Positions 13,395 to 27,060 of a DNA stretch of 64,000 nucleotides are shown here, one piece after another. The translations under genes were made by a program, and so were the position numbers. Position 1 is the first letter of the stretch. Each line of letters starts with the position of its first letter. Source of the DNA: the human T2T-CHM13v2.0 reference genome, Homo sapiens; the NCBI RefSeq assembly GCF_009914755.1, contig NC_060928.1; one strand, written 5' to 3'. A model generated the notes under the pieces. It searched no databases and was not told the DNA's origin. It saw only the letters and a list, made by a program, of their open reading frames with translations.

Positions 13395-13679
13395 CTTCTT
13401 AAGCCGACAAAATTTATAAGAATATTTACTTCAATGATTTCTAAACAGAGCTCAGTAAACAAAAATCAGCCCTTAATCCTAATAAAACATCTTAAACAAG
13501 TGACCAATGGATTCTTCAAAAATGTCTAGAACACACAGGATTTTAAATGTGCATTGATTCCAACGTTTAAAAATTAAGGTATTTCATACCAATATGAAAA
13601 TGTTGGCTTCTCTTTTAAAAATAGAATTATTTTAATACCATTGGCATTATCTGATTTTTAGGATTTAGACAGATAACAC

Positions 13680-14170
13680 TCAGCTGTGGAGCTATCTGAT
13701 TCTTGTGCCTTTATCAGTGTTGATCTCTAATCTCCTTTCTAATCCCTTTTATAGTAGTTGGAGAATAACATTTCCACTTTCATTTGGTTTGATTTTGAGA
13801 GTTTGCATTTTTCTAGGAAATTACTCATTGAGTCTAAATTTTCAAATTGCTGCAACTGAATTGCTATAAGAATTGCTTATGATTATTTTCCTCTTTGCTG
13901 GTATTTCCTATTATTGTTCACGTATGTTATTGTTTAGGCTTAAAAGAAGATTATATATTTTATTGGTAATTTAACAAAAGAGTTTTGGGATTTATTTACC
14001 TGTTCAATTAATGTTTATTGTCTGCTTTTACTTTATTAGTTCCTTATTCCTGATTTTGATTTACTCTTTGTTCAATTTGAGGATAAACAAATTCTTTTTT
14101 TTTTTTCAAATTCTTTGATCATGAAGATATTTAAGTGTATATCTCTTTCTCTATGTTTTCTAGTTTCTCA
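13680..14170 (-). mobile_element. Ancient L1M ORF2 fragment
   Basis: T-rich antisense L1 pattern (TTTTCTAGGAAATTACTCATTGAGTCTAAATTTTCAAATT; TCTGCTTTTACTTTATTAGTTCCTT). Confidence 0.55.
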
Positions 14171-15199
14171 CAGCATTCACTAGGCCCAATTCATTTATTT
14201 ATGTTACTTACTTGGTTCTTAAAGTTATTGCATTTATAACCTCTAAATATCAACACATCAACTTGTGGAAACTCTCAGGTCACAGTATATTAAATATAAA
14301 CATATACATCTTCTGATGTCAGGATCATATTAAATTTAACCCACAGATACTTAAGCAAGGACATAAAACTTTTTCTTTTCTCTTTTTTTTTTTGGAGACA
14401 AGGTATAAAATAAATACTCTCACCTGTTCAATCTCAATCTCAAGTGGCATCCAAACACATTCAGCAACTAATCACGGAATAAATGCTTCCATACATACCA
14501 TAAAGTAAATCAATATCAAATACAAATTTGAATGGTAAGTTTGAAGCCACTTCATACTGAGATTTTATAAGCTTGCTAAATGAATGATATCAGTAAAACC
14601 AGCTGCCAGTATTTAGTGCTTACTCAATGGCAAGTGCTTTGAAAGACATTTGTTTGGAAAATAGTTTATAATAAGAATATTCATGCCAGAGACAATATAC
14701 TATTTTATCCATTGTTGCACTTTGAACAAAATGGCTGAAAAGTATCATTTACAATATTGATTTAACATAGTTTTATTGGAAACATGCAGAGAACATACAA
14801 GTACTAACATTTTGTGATTGTTTTGTATTTAATGGCTAAGAAAATGTAATAAAAGTATTCACAAGGTTAAATTCATAAAAACTAATGAATGATCATTACC
14901 ACATGCTATGCTCTAATTCTCACAGGGATGAATGATATGTACATGGCTTTATTAAAGTATGAAAAAATTAGATAGTTCAACTTTAGGGTGTAAAATATTG
15001 ACTCTCTTTAAGAACACAGAGTTTAGGGTTAGATAAATATACGTTTTTCATTAAAAAAGTTTTTGCAAAATTACACAGCTTTATTAAAAGAAAATGAAAT
15101 AATTTAGAAAAAAATCACTTATTTTGGAAGAGATCTTCTCCCTGGAAAACAAGATTTTCAACTGAAAATATATAATTTTTCAATAGGAAAATCCATGTC

Positions 15200-16010
15200 A
15201 CTAGCTGGTTACTAAATCTAGGGACTTTTGAAATACTTGCAAGGAATAATTTCAAATATTATCAAAACATCAATTTATAATAGCAGAACATGTAAAACTT
15301 TAAGAAATCAACCTAACAAAATAGGCACAATCAACGTTAGGAGAGCTATGAAACATTACTGAAAACATAAAGAAAACATTAATTAAAAGACATTTTACTT
15401 CTTTAAGGGAAAAATTAAATTCATTATTATGAGATGATGCTTCTTAATGTAAAATTGACCGGCATGACTACCAATGAATATTTGATGTGAGAACAAGTTA
15501 ATTAATAATTTTAATGCAATGCAACAATAAATCATTTTATAATTTAGACATTATCTCAATGTGTATTTGTGGGAAAAAAAGAATATCAAATAGGCAGAAT
15601 GAATTTAGAGAATATAACTAACAGGGATGATATATGCCCATTCGAATATTAAAATATATCATAAAATTATAATAAATAAAATTGTAGCCCTTTTGCTAGA
15701 ATGAACAGATGCATCAGTGGTGCAAATTATAAATTATAGAACCAGAGTTTTGTAGAGCTGATTGTTAGCTGATATAAACACAAAATAATCCTGATTGGTC
15801 AACGTCTATACAATACTTATTGTTAAATATTCAGAGTATCATCACCTGGAGTCAGGTTTATATTGCAATTTAATTTATGATTAAATAGGATTTTAAAAGG
15901 TTGAAAAAAATCACAACTCATTTATAAATAACATTTGAAAACCAGTCAATCATTTGGAAAAAAGAAATAAAGATTCATGACCCAAATATCAGTATAAAAC
16001 TACAACAACA
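15200..16010 (+). mobile_element. Ancient L1M ORF2 fragments
   Basis: A-rich degenerate ORF2-like sequence (GAAATCAACCTAACAAAATAGGCAC...AAACATTACTGAAAACATAAAGAA). Confidence 0.5.
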
Positions 16011-16028
16011 AAATGTATTACAAACTTC

Positions 16029-16487
16029 TGCACATGTATGTTTATTGCAGCACTATTCACAATAGTAAAGATTTGGAACCAACCCAAATGCCCATCAATG
16101 ATAGAAAGGATAAAGAAAATATGGCACATATATACCATGGAATACTATGCAGCCATAAAAAAGAATTAGTTCATGTCCTTTGCAGGGACATGGATGAAAC
16201 AGGAAGCCATCATTCTTAGCAGAGTAACACAGGAACAGAAAACCAAACACCACATGTTCTCACTCATAAGTGAGAGTTGAAGAATGAGAACACATGGACA
16301 CAGGGAGGGGAACATCACACACCGGCACCTATCAGGGGGCATGTGGCTAGGGGAGGGATAGCATTAGGAGAAATACCTAATGTACATGATGGGTTGATGG
16401 GTGCAGCAAACCACCATGGCAGGTGTATACCTATGTAACAAACCTGCACATTCTGCATATGTACCCCAGAACTTAAAGTATAATAGA
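16029..16487 (+). mobile_element. 5'-truncated L1PA (L1PA7/8-like) 3' end
   Basis: Well-conserved L1PA 3' UTR: CACATGTTCTCACTCATAAGTG...GGGAGGGATAGCATTAGGAGAAATACCTAATG...GAACTTAAAGTATAAT. Confidence 0.95.
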
Positions 16488-19400
16488 ATGCATATTTAAA
16501 CTTTTAAATGTAAAGGTAAATTACTAAACCATATCACTTCTAGGATAAATATTCTAGAATGGAATTTTGTCCTTAGCACATTGCCAGTATAGGGACGGGA
16601 AAAAAATCTATACTAAATAACAGCTGTTACAAGCTGTTTAAAAAATTGGGAAACTTTCCCATAAAAATAAGACAAAATATTTTTAAAGACATAAAATAAT
16701 TTATTCTGTCCCAACAAATATTTTACATTTTCATCCTGAATATTCTATTTACTAAAATCTTTTGAGGCTATTGAATAGACTGGTGAAAATTTTCTAATAA
16801 CTAGGACTAAAATGTTAATGTGTTCAATATATTATCAAGTACTGTTGTATACTTATAAAAGATAATATTCCCACAGTGAAAAATCACAAAGAAAATTCAA
16901 TTACCCAACAAATATAAATTCTTTAAATCACTAAAAAAGTACTTAACAATCAGGAGATTTTTTTCAATTTCAGTATAAGAAAGTTTGAGTGAAATAAATT
17001 TTAATTATAATAATTTTTCAAAAAATCAAATATGTAATATTTATCAGTTGCTACAATTATCCAGTATTTCAAATATATGTGTGTACACGTTTGCGTGTTT
17101 ATATACACACACATATATGTATGGAGACATCTCCAGCATCCAATACGTATCTGGTGCACACATATCTAATCATTAGCCAGGTGTTACATCACCAGTTTCA
17201 TTAACAAGAAATGTTATTGAGAGGGATGTGAAAAATAAAGATAATGATACTTGACAAAGTATGGACTGGGACACCCACAATTCATTTCCTCGTCATGGTA
17301 GCCCTGCCATTGAATAGCTCTGTCATTTGCATGGTGGTTTTTCTATACCTACAAGGATTCAGTCTCTTGGATACTAAAATGCAGAGCTTTGGATTTGATA
17401 CCTTTGAGTTATCCAACTATTATGCTATGTGATTTTATTCTAAGCCAATTTCACAGTTTAATTTATATCACAAACTGTCACAGTTACATTACGTAGGGGC
17501 TCCTGAGCAAGGTAAAACAAATGTAAATACAGTCAGTGTTTTAAAAATTTACAGCACATGAAGCAGGTAGTCTCTGAAGTTGAATTTATTGGTAGCCACA
17601 GGGCATTGTCAATGTGGAAGCTAGATGTAATATTTAATATTCTTTTCCCTCTCTCCCTTAATATTTAATATATTTAATGTGTTTTTTAATCAGCCATTAT
17701 CAGAATGCATTATTGAAGTATCTAATTTCTCCAGGCACCAGGCTAAATCCAAAATTTCTGTAACCTAGATTAGAAAAAATACACTCTCTGAATGTCTTTA
17801 TTTATGTAATTCCCACCCCACATATTATTGCCATTGCATTTATATTCTCTCTCATGCTCATTCCCCCCTCCTTTCTCCCTCTTCCTATCTTTCTTTATTT
17901 CATTCTCTTCCTCCCTCCTTTATTTTTGCTATTCTTTCTCAAACTTCAATTTTGATAATAAACTTATTTTCTCGATTATGTCTTGACCTAGTATGCCATG
18001 GCAACGTTAACAATTTATAGGATATTTATAAAACCTTCAGTTCTGGCATAATGAATATGTCATGCACTACCGTTACTTTTTAATCATCAAAGCTTACATC
18101 TCTGTGGGATGCATTGGAAAATTGATGCCATCTAAAATGTTTTTCCTTTTTTATTACTTTTTTAATGCCAAATTTATAGTTTATTTCAAGTGTACTTTGC
18201 CCAGGGAATTTGTTTTTTCTCTTCTGGTTTCTCTATGTCTTTCATACTGTTTATTGATCTGAGAGCTATAGATTTGTATATTTTAAAAAAGAGCTTAAAA
18301 CTTCATTTCTAGATACTCAACAAACTTCTATTGAACTTCTATTTAGGAAAATAATAACAAAATTTTAGATTTAGAAAGAAGTTAATGCTTCAATAATGTT
18401 CAATAGTTAAGGAAAATGAAATCAAGTATATCTGATAGTTTGGTTAAATCCAAGTGTGTAAATAATATTTTACAATTACATATGATCTTGTGAATATCAA
18501 TATGACTATTTGAGTATTTAAAAGAGATAACCTTCATATGATGATAAACATTTTGTTTTATTTATAGCCACAAATCTTAATTTACTGATGAGTCAAATTT
18601 GAGAAAATCCATAAAGAAATGCAAGCTTCTTATAAAATGCAGCTATTGAGAGAGATGCCAGAACTCTTCTCTAGATTTTCAGTGTTTTTCACCAACACGA
18701 CTACCTTATCTCTGCCAAAAGGAAATAAACCAAACTTTAATTATTTTTGAATATGAGAATGAAAAAAAGTAATTCAAATTCCACCCAAATGAAACACTGC
18801 AATTTATTTGAGTGGGGCTTACATAAGGTTACTTCAATTAATGAAAGTTAGGTTGAGCAAAGAAATGTTCAACTATTTATGGGTTCATAATTTTCTGCAT
18901 CAAACTATAAAGCACAGAAAACTTAATTTTGGTTATGAAGTGTTATATAAATATTCTCAGTTCGTATAATGACATAGAGAATAAAGAGGAAAGAGGAGAA
19001 AATGTACAGGGGTGAATATATCTCATACTTAAAAATGATTTTTAAAAATACAGTGTATTTAACGGAAAAAGAAAGAAAAGTACCAATAGAGGTTGTCTAA
19101 CACTCTTATTAACAAAGTTAATTAATCTTCTAACCCTCTGCCCTCACTTGTTGTAGAAATCATGAGAGCCACTGGAATTCTGGGGCATTTGTGTAATAAG
19201 CACAAGTTAAATATTCCATCGTCATTCGACTTTGTAGATCGTTGTTGACATATTCTAACCAAGGCTTTCTGAATTACTATGGACCTTCCCACCACAGTGC
19301 TGCTTTGGAGGTGACAAAATATCATTGCACAGTTCAAACTCACAATCCCAGAGCTCACATTACCTATGAATCAATTGTGTACTTGACAGAATCACTATTT

Positions 19401-20349
19401 AAGTGTATGAATCAATGAGATACATTCAGTTGAGGTTACAGCCATTTTGAGTACAAAAAATAAATTGCTTTGTCACAGTTGTTGTAGTCATTCTTGGATT
19501 ATGGATTATGATACACTTTATCACTGTAATGATCAGTTTCTTTATTGTGAATGGATTAGGGAAATATTCAAAAAATAATACTTAGTTTTTAAAAAGCCTT
19601 CAAGACATGAGTAGCACTTTTAGTTAACTGCTAGATTTTTTTTCTTCCACCCCCATTTTTTGTGAATTGCCCAAATTATGATATTTAAATAATATGTGTG
19701 CCATTACAAGCAAGTTAAAGTTTAGCAATAAGATTCTAATCACAAGATATATCAAATGTGGCAAATTGTGACTTATTAATAATATATAATTTTTTAAATC
19801 TAGATTTTTTGGTGCCTAATAGAATATTAGGTTACCTGTGTGCCCCACTCATCTTTTTTATACAGAAATGTATAGAATTATAACTCAAGTATTAACTTTT
19901 CAAGATTTTTGAAGTTGCTTGGAAAATTATAAATTTTCTTTCAAATGTCATTTTGTATCTATATATATCTAAATATTTCTCAAAAAAGAGCCATTGACTT
20001 AGGATCAGAAAAATGACATATAACTGCGACATTTTTACTTCATCCTCAATAAGTTAGTCGAAGTAATTTACTATAAGCTGACTATTTTCATGCATATTTG
20101 AGAGTATTCAGTCAAAATAGAAACAATCTTCTCATAGACTAGATGATTTTTAACACCCTCAAAATACATAACTGTAAGTTAGCTACTTAAGAGAGAAGGA
20201 AGAATTATGATTTAGACACTTAGATATTTATTAGAAACAGATTTAATTTTGTAGAAAAAAGTAACTACTTGTTATGTTAAAATCTTTAAGTAAGGAAAAC
20301 TGAAACATTTTGTCTTATGCTTTCTCCAGAACTATAAATGAGTAACATT

Positions 20350-20890
20350 TATAGTTCTCAAATGTTTAAGTGATTCTCAGATTTACTTAGAATTACTAGG
20401 AAGACTGATTTTAATAGGTATAAGTGGGGTGTCAATGCATTTCTAACAACTTCCCAAGTGCTATGGTCTGAATGTATCCCTGCAAAAGCATGTGTAGGAT
20501 ACTTGATCCCCAATGCATCAGTGTTGGAAGGTGGGATCCAAGAAAGATGATTAGGCTGTAAGAGCTCTGCCCTCATGAATAGATCAATGTTATCACAGGA
20601 GCAGTTTCATTATTATGAGACTGGGTTTCTTATTAAGGGAATAGTTGCATATCTCTTTCCCTCTCTCTCTCTCTCACCCTCTCATGCTCTCTTGCCTTCC
20701 ATGGGATGATGCAGCAAGAAGGCACTTGCTAGTTGCTGGCACCTTAACGGTGTACTTCCCGTATCTAGAAATGTGAGAAATTTGTTTCAAGTTACTTAGT
20801 CTCTGCTAATCTGTTATAGCAAAACACCGACTAAGACACCAAGGGATGCTGATGGAGTTTTTTCTGGGACCACATTTTCTGAATCACTGC
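20350..20890. mobile_element. MER5-like hAT-Charlie element, interrupted by an MST LTR
   Basis: TGCATTTCTAACAACTTCCCAAG | GGATGCTGATG...GGGACCACATTTTCTGAATCACTG. Confidence 0.6.
20459..20838 (+). mobile_element. MSTC-like MaLR solo LTR with perfect 5-bp TSD CCAAG
   Basis: TGCTATGGTCTGAATGT...GACTAAGACA; CCAAG at 20454-20458 and 20839-20843. Confidence 0.92.
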
Positions 20891-20911
20891 CTTAAAAAAA
20901 TTGAGTTTGTA

Positions 20912-21271
<360 letters not shown>

Positions 21272-21511
21272 TCAAGTTAAACTTCTGCCTACAGAACAGT
21301 ACAATTTGAACTCCAGATTACTGTGCAAAATGGCTAGTCTTCCCAAAGTATTATTAACCAATGCTTGATAAAAATTTGCTTCTTTATAAAATTACATTTC
21401 ATTAAAAATCTGCAAAATGTTATTAAACTTTAAGGTTTATAAAATTACCAATGTCTTTTTAAAAAATTTTGTGGATACATATTTTATTTTTATTATTACA
21501 TATTTTTTCCA

Positions 21512-22410
21512 TCCGATCTTCAATAAAGCTGACAAAAACAAGCAATGGGGAAAGACTCTCTATTCAGTCAATGGTGCTGGGATAACTGGCTAGCCATATG
21601 CAAATTATTAAATCTGGAACCCTTCCTTACACCATATACAAAAGTCAACTCAAGATGGATTAAATACTTAAATGTAAAAACCTAAAACTATGAAAACCTT
21701 AGGAGACAACCTAGGCAATACCATCCTGCACATAGGAACAGGCAAAAATTTCATGACTGATACCAAAAACAATCAGAACAAAAGCAAAAATTAACAAGTG
21801 GGATCCAATTAAAATGGGGTTGTTTTTCTGCACAGCAAAAGAGACTGTCAACAGAATAAATAGAAAACCTACAAAATGAGAGGAAACTTCTGCAAACTAT
21901 GCATCTGACAAAGTTCTGATACATAGCATCTATAAGGAACTTAAATTTACAAAAGAAAAACAACCCCATTAAAAAGCAGGAAAATGACATTAATAGACAT
22001 TTCTCAAAAAAAGACGTGGATGCACCCAACAAGCATGTGAAATAAAAGCTCAAAATCACTAAGCATTAGAGGAATGCCCATCAAAACCACAATCAAGGCC
22101 GGGTGCGGTGACTCATGCCTGTAATCCCATCACTTTTGGAGGTTGAGGCAGGTGGATCACTTGAGGCCAGGAGTTCGAGACTAGCCTGGCCAACAGCGTG
22201 AAATCCCATCTCTGCTAAAAATACAAAAATTAGCTGGGCGTGGTGGTGCACGCCTGTAATCCCAACTACTTGGGTGGCTGAGGCACGGATCCCTTGAACC
22301 TGGGAGGTGGAGGTTCCAGTGAGCCGAGATTGCGCCACTGCACTCCAACCAGAGCAACAGAGCCAGAAACACACACACACACACGAGATACCATCTCACA
22401 CCAGTATTAA
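21512..22410 (+). mobile_element. L1 (L1PB-like) ORF2 3' fragment interrupted by an Alu
   Basis: GATCTTCAATAAAGCTGACAAAAACAAGCAATGGGGAAAG...AAAACCACAAT | Alu | GAGATACCATCTCACACCAGT. Confidence 0.92.
22097..22367 (+). mobile_element. AluS element whose tail is replaced by (AC)n
   Basis: GGCCGGGTGCGGTGACTCATGCC...GAGCCAGA, followed by (AC)8 at 22369-22384. Confidence 0.96.
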
Positions 22411-22439
22411 AAACATTTACCAACATCTTTACATTCCTT

Positions 22440-22900
22440 TTTCTTAAGACCTTTCCAAAGATTCCTTGTCAATCATAGACTAAGATCTGAAAGTTGTACT
22501 CTTGTTTACAGAGCCCTCCATCACCTTTCTGCTCCTCATGTTTTTAAACTGAGTCACTGCCTCTGCCTTCTTCTTCTATATGTTAAATACATTTAATCAC
22601 TGACGATATTGAAGTGATTATCCAGTTTGTGAATATAAGTTTTGCCTTCCACTTAGAATACATTTACTCCTTCTTCTTAGTAACTCCAAAATCATTTCTT
22701 TCAGGTTTCAGCTAAATTGTCACTTCAGCCACCCTGCCCCCTAAGACCAGATTGAGGATCATCCTATATGCTCCATTGCACTCTGCAATTACCTCAAGAT
22801 TCTTGCTTGATAGATTATCCATTTTCCTGACTAATTACTGTATACTGTTGAAATCTCTGCACTGCTACACACTTACATAAATGATATTAGTATTGGGAGG
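22440..22900 (+). mobile_element. L2 3' fragment (degenerate)
   Basis: TTTCAGGTTTCAGCTAAATTGTCACTTC...CTATATGCTCCATTGCACTCTG. Confidence 0.5.
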
Positions 22901-23639
22901 TTTTAAATATCTAAACCTCGGATAGGCATCTCACTTCATAATCTTCAACTACTATCAGTTGTGACTTAAACTAATATATTCTCTCTTAGTTAGGAGTATA
23001 CCCAACTCAGTCTGAACAAGTGTCTGGGGTTTTGGGGTGGGGGGTTACTTCAAGTTTTCATTAAAAATTTCCAACCCTCCTTCCCCAGTTAACCTGGCAA
23101 ACAGTTATGCTAATGAAACATATGATCCAAACATTCTCTTTAGAAGTTCTATTCTTATTACTTATTGGAGTTCATCCTCCAAGGTTTCATTTGTGGCCTG
23201 ATGAGTTTTAAGTTTGTTTGTCCTCTGCTAATGTAAGTACATATTGTTGCCACCCCTGTCTCATGCACCACAAGTTGATTCTCTCTCTAATCAATATTGT
23301 TGCGCTATTATTTTCTTTGGTCTTCCAACAACGGCATCCATAAAAAAAATTATAATCAACACAAAGTTCTCATCAAAGTGGATTTCCTTTTATGTGGAAC
23401 TACTTTTATTAGTTATATTTATATATAGAGAGAAATTATATATATTCCTCTATAAGGTAATCTATAGAATATATGTATATTTTATATTTTAGACAATATA
23501 TGTATATCTATATGTAGATTACCTTATAGATTTTCTATATAAATATAGAATTCTATATTACATATAGAATTTGTAATATTTCCAAATTTAAAACACTTAA
23601 ACACAAATCAATATTTTCACAACTTTTTAATATTCAATC

Positions 23640-23830
23640 CTAAGGTACATTAATACAATGGTTGTCTATTCTGACAGCTCTTTAGAATAATCTAGGAACT
23701 TTTATAAATATCCATGCTGGATTCCAGTTTTAGAACTGCTTATATAATTTTTTATTGAAATGTACCAGGCATCTGCATGTTTATATGTTTCCAGGTGATG
23801 CTAATGTCTAGCCAAGATTGATAACCACTG
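23640..23830. mobile_element. MER5-like hAT element
   Basis: CCAGGCATCTGCATGTTT...CCAGGTGATGCTAATGTCTAGCCAAGATTGATAACCACTG. Confidence 0.6.
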
Positions 23831-24221
23831 TGTTAGAAGCCCTTAGAGTCATTATACACCTGGAATTCCTTCACGAAATATTCTTAAATCATTAAAAAGA
23901 AACAAGTTTGAAAGAAAATATTTTTCTACAAGTTTACATAATGTTTAACCATGAGGATACTAAATATAAGTTTTCTGTTGGGAGCCAGTAGTATTTGTTA
24001 TTATTTATAACTGGTAAGAGATAAATTTCCCAACAGATGATCATTTTGCTGCTAGAAATTATTTCACCTGAATTACATTCTTCAGAATAGCAATAATACA
24101 ACACTGAAAGTAACTCATTTTGAGATCCTTTTCCTAAAGTTTGATAAGTAGAATAAGTAAGCTACATTATCTAGAAACCCAAAAATTCTAACAACTGGCA
24201 CGTAATTCAAAAGATAGCTGA

Positions 24222-24536
<315 letters not shown>

Positions 24537-25656
24537 CTATGTCTTCCAGTAGTAGTATAGGGGCTTATACCTTATAAGCATAGGGAATTGAAATAAACTC
24601 CTAGATTCAGTGAGTGTCTGTAATCAATAAAGACAAAATTACAAGAAAAGTACAGGACCAAGTGAATATCAAATGTCATTAAACACTGAGATAAACTAGA
24701 ATGGCAAATGAGAAGCGTAGTGATAGCATAAGACTTCAGTGTTACAATAGATACAAAGAAAAACCACTGAAATACAGCAGTGCTCATTTTTTGTGTGTTT
24801 TGCTTTCTTTATTTCTTAAATGCTATACTAATCTCTAATTTTCAGGAATTTTTCACCTCTGGAAAATTTTAACTAACTTAAGCAATAGTAGATAACAGGT
24901 CAAATGTTTGTTGGGAAATCCCAACACTTCGCTGAGATGAAGTTACTATGTTTTCCAGTGGCATAATCTCTACCAGAAGGAATGAATGTTTCCACAGTAA
25001 AATATCATTTTACCAATTACCAGAAAATATTGGAAAAACACAATATTGGAGCCAATCCTGCTGGGATTAAGGAGAGATAAAAGCTGGTTCACATTCCTTC
25101 TTTAAAAAATACACAAATATGAAATGCCATACCCAAGAGACTATTTTTATATAAAATAATTAGATGTTAGGAACTTTGGTGTGTATTTTTTTTAAACAAA
25201 AGCTATAAAAACTTTAAACTGGTAATCACTATGTTTCCTCACATATCTAAAGAGGGGAATGTCATTAAGAAAAGTTTTAACCACAAACTTCTGTGATTTG
25301 TTTATCATTTTGGGCAAATTTACAATTGAATAATGACTCTTGTTCTAAATTAGATATTACATACTAATTCGCATTTTATAAACCATTCAAAAAAGAACTT
25401 TATAGGAAATTTTAGAGAGTCAATATTAGTACTTTTTCACTTGGATTATAAGCATTCAGTCATGAATCATTCTGTGTCTTGTTCAAAATTTGGTCACAGC
25501 AGCAATAATATATCATCTGCTCACATCTCATCGTTTCTAGGTAGACAAAATAAAGCTAAAATTAAAATAATTATTAAGAACCATTTTGATATATTTTATA
25601 AAAACAAATATGCTGGCACAAACACTTTGTTAAACTCTCAAGAATTATCTGCTAAA

Positions 25657-25888
25657 GGCTGGGCATGGTAACTCATGCCTGTAATTCCAGCATTTTGGGA
25701 GGCCGAGGGAGGCAGATCACAAAGTCAAGAGATTGAGACCATCCTGGCTAACAGGGTGAACCCCTTCTCTACTAAAAATACAAAAAATTAGCTGGGCGTG
25801 GTGGCAGGTGCCTGTAATCCCAGCTACTTGGGAGGCTGAGGCAGGAGAATCGCTTGAACCTGGGAGGCAGAGGTTGCAGTAAGCTAAA
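25657..25888 (+). mobile_element. AluSc-like element, 3'-truncated with no poly-A
   Basis: AGTCAAGAGATTGAGACCATCCTGGCTAAC; the match ends at GGTTGCAGTAAGCTAAA. Confidence 0.93.
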
Positions 25889-25914
25889 GCTAAACATGTC
25901 AGCTTTGACCTAAA

Positions 25915-26430
25915 TTTTAGGACCTAAAATTATATTCCAAGAGAAATGAGTATATAATACCCAACAGAAGGCATACACGAGAATTTCATAATAGTGCCAA
26001 ACCAGAAACAACCCAAATTTCCATCAATAGTAGAGTGGATAATAAATTGCGTATGAATTTTGTATAATGGGCCACTGCAGAGTAATAAATACAATAGGTT
26101 TCTGCAACATTCAGACATAGTATTAAGCAAAAAATAAAATAAAAATAAAAACAACAGACATGAAAGAATACCTACTGTAGGATTCTATTTATTCCATTTA
26201 TATAAATTTCAAAGGCAAAACTAATTCATAGTGAAATATATGAAAGAGTAGTTGCCCTCAGAAGATGGTATTTCAACAGTATATAGTAATTAGTCAGAAG
26301 TGGCAAGAGTAAACTTCTGAATTACAGGAGATATTTTGTGTCATAATCTGAGTGGTAGCACTGTAAGTATATACAAATCTAAATATGGATTGAAGTATAC
26401 AATGAAGCACTTTACTCTATATTGCTTCAA
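25915..26430 (+). mobile_element. Ancient L1ME 3' UTR fragment
   Basis: CCAGAAACAACCCAAATTTCCATCAATAGTAGAGTGGATAATAAATTG; TTCCATTTATATAAATTTCAAAGGCAAAACTAA. Confidence 0.75.
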
Positions 26431-26805
26431 TTTTGCCTCAGAGGAAGGAGCAGGAAATAAATAAAGAAATTCAATTAAAACTTAAAAATTGGTATGTTTT
26501 AATATTTTTCTTTAGTCATACATTCTGGGTACTGATGGCAATATTTTCAAAAATGGCTTTTCATATACATGGCCAACACATGATTTAAATTCTCTATTAC
26601 AATTCTTAAAAAAAGCCAGCATCAATATTCTCTTACTAGAAAAAAATTACTTTAAAATATAGATTAATAAGAAAGCAAAAATGAGTTTATTATACTTCAT
26701 TATGTATAACTATAAAATTACATTGAATAAGATCTTAACATTGTGGGTTTCAAGAGAGGCCAAGTCTGCTGATATGCATAGCAACAGTTAATTCTAAAGC
26801 CTAGA

Positions 26806-27060
26806 GCAGATTTTCCCAAATTGTGTTTCCCAGAATATAAGAAGGTGTTCAAAAATTTCTATAGTCCATTTAGTTGGGAAATTCTAGGTTAAACAAAGTT
26901 TATAATGTTTCTCAGACTTTAATATGCTCTTGTGCATTGTGGATTTCCACAGAAGCATAATATGCAGTTTTCTCCAAATGACTTAGTCATTAGAATCCTT
27001 TTTCAGTAGAACATTTCACAGAAATAATGTTCTCTGGAGCAATGAATGTCGAATCCTGGG
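26806..27060. mobile_element. hAT-Charlie MITE-like element (MER103-like)
   Basis: CAGATTTTCCCAAATTGTGTT...GTTGGGAAATTCTAGGTTAAACAAAG...CTCAGACTTTAATATGCTCTTGTGCATTGTG. Confidence 0.5.

Noticed and set aside
19120-19400. More complex unique stretch with an acceptor-like site and a 78-aa minus-strand ORF
   Set aside because: No convincing donor, open exon frame or protein similarity.
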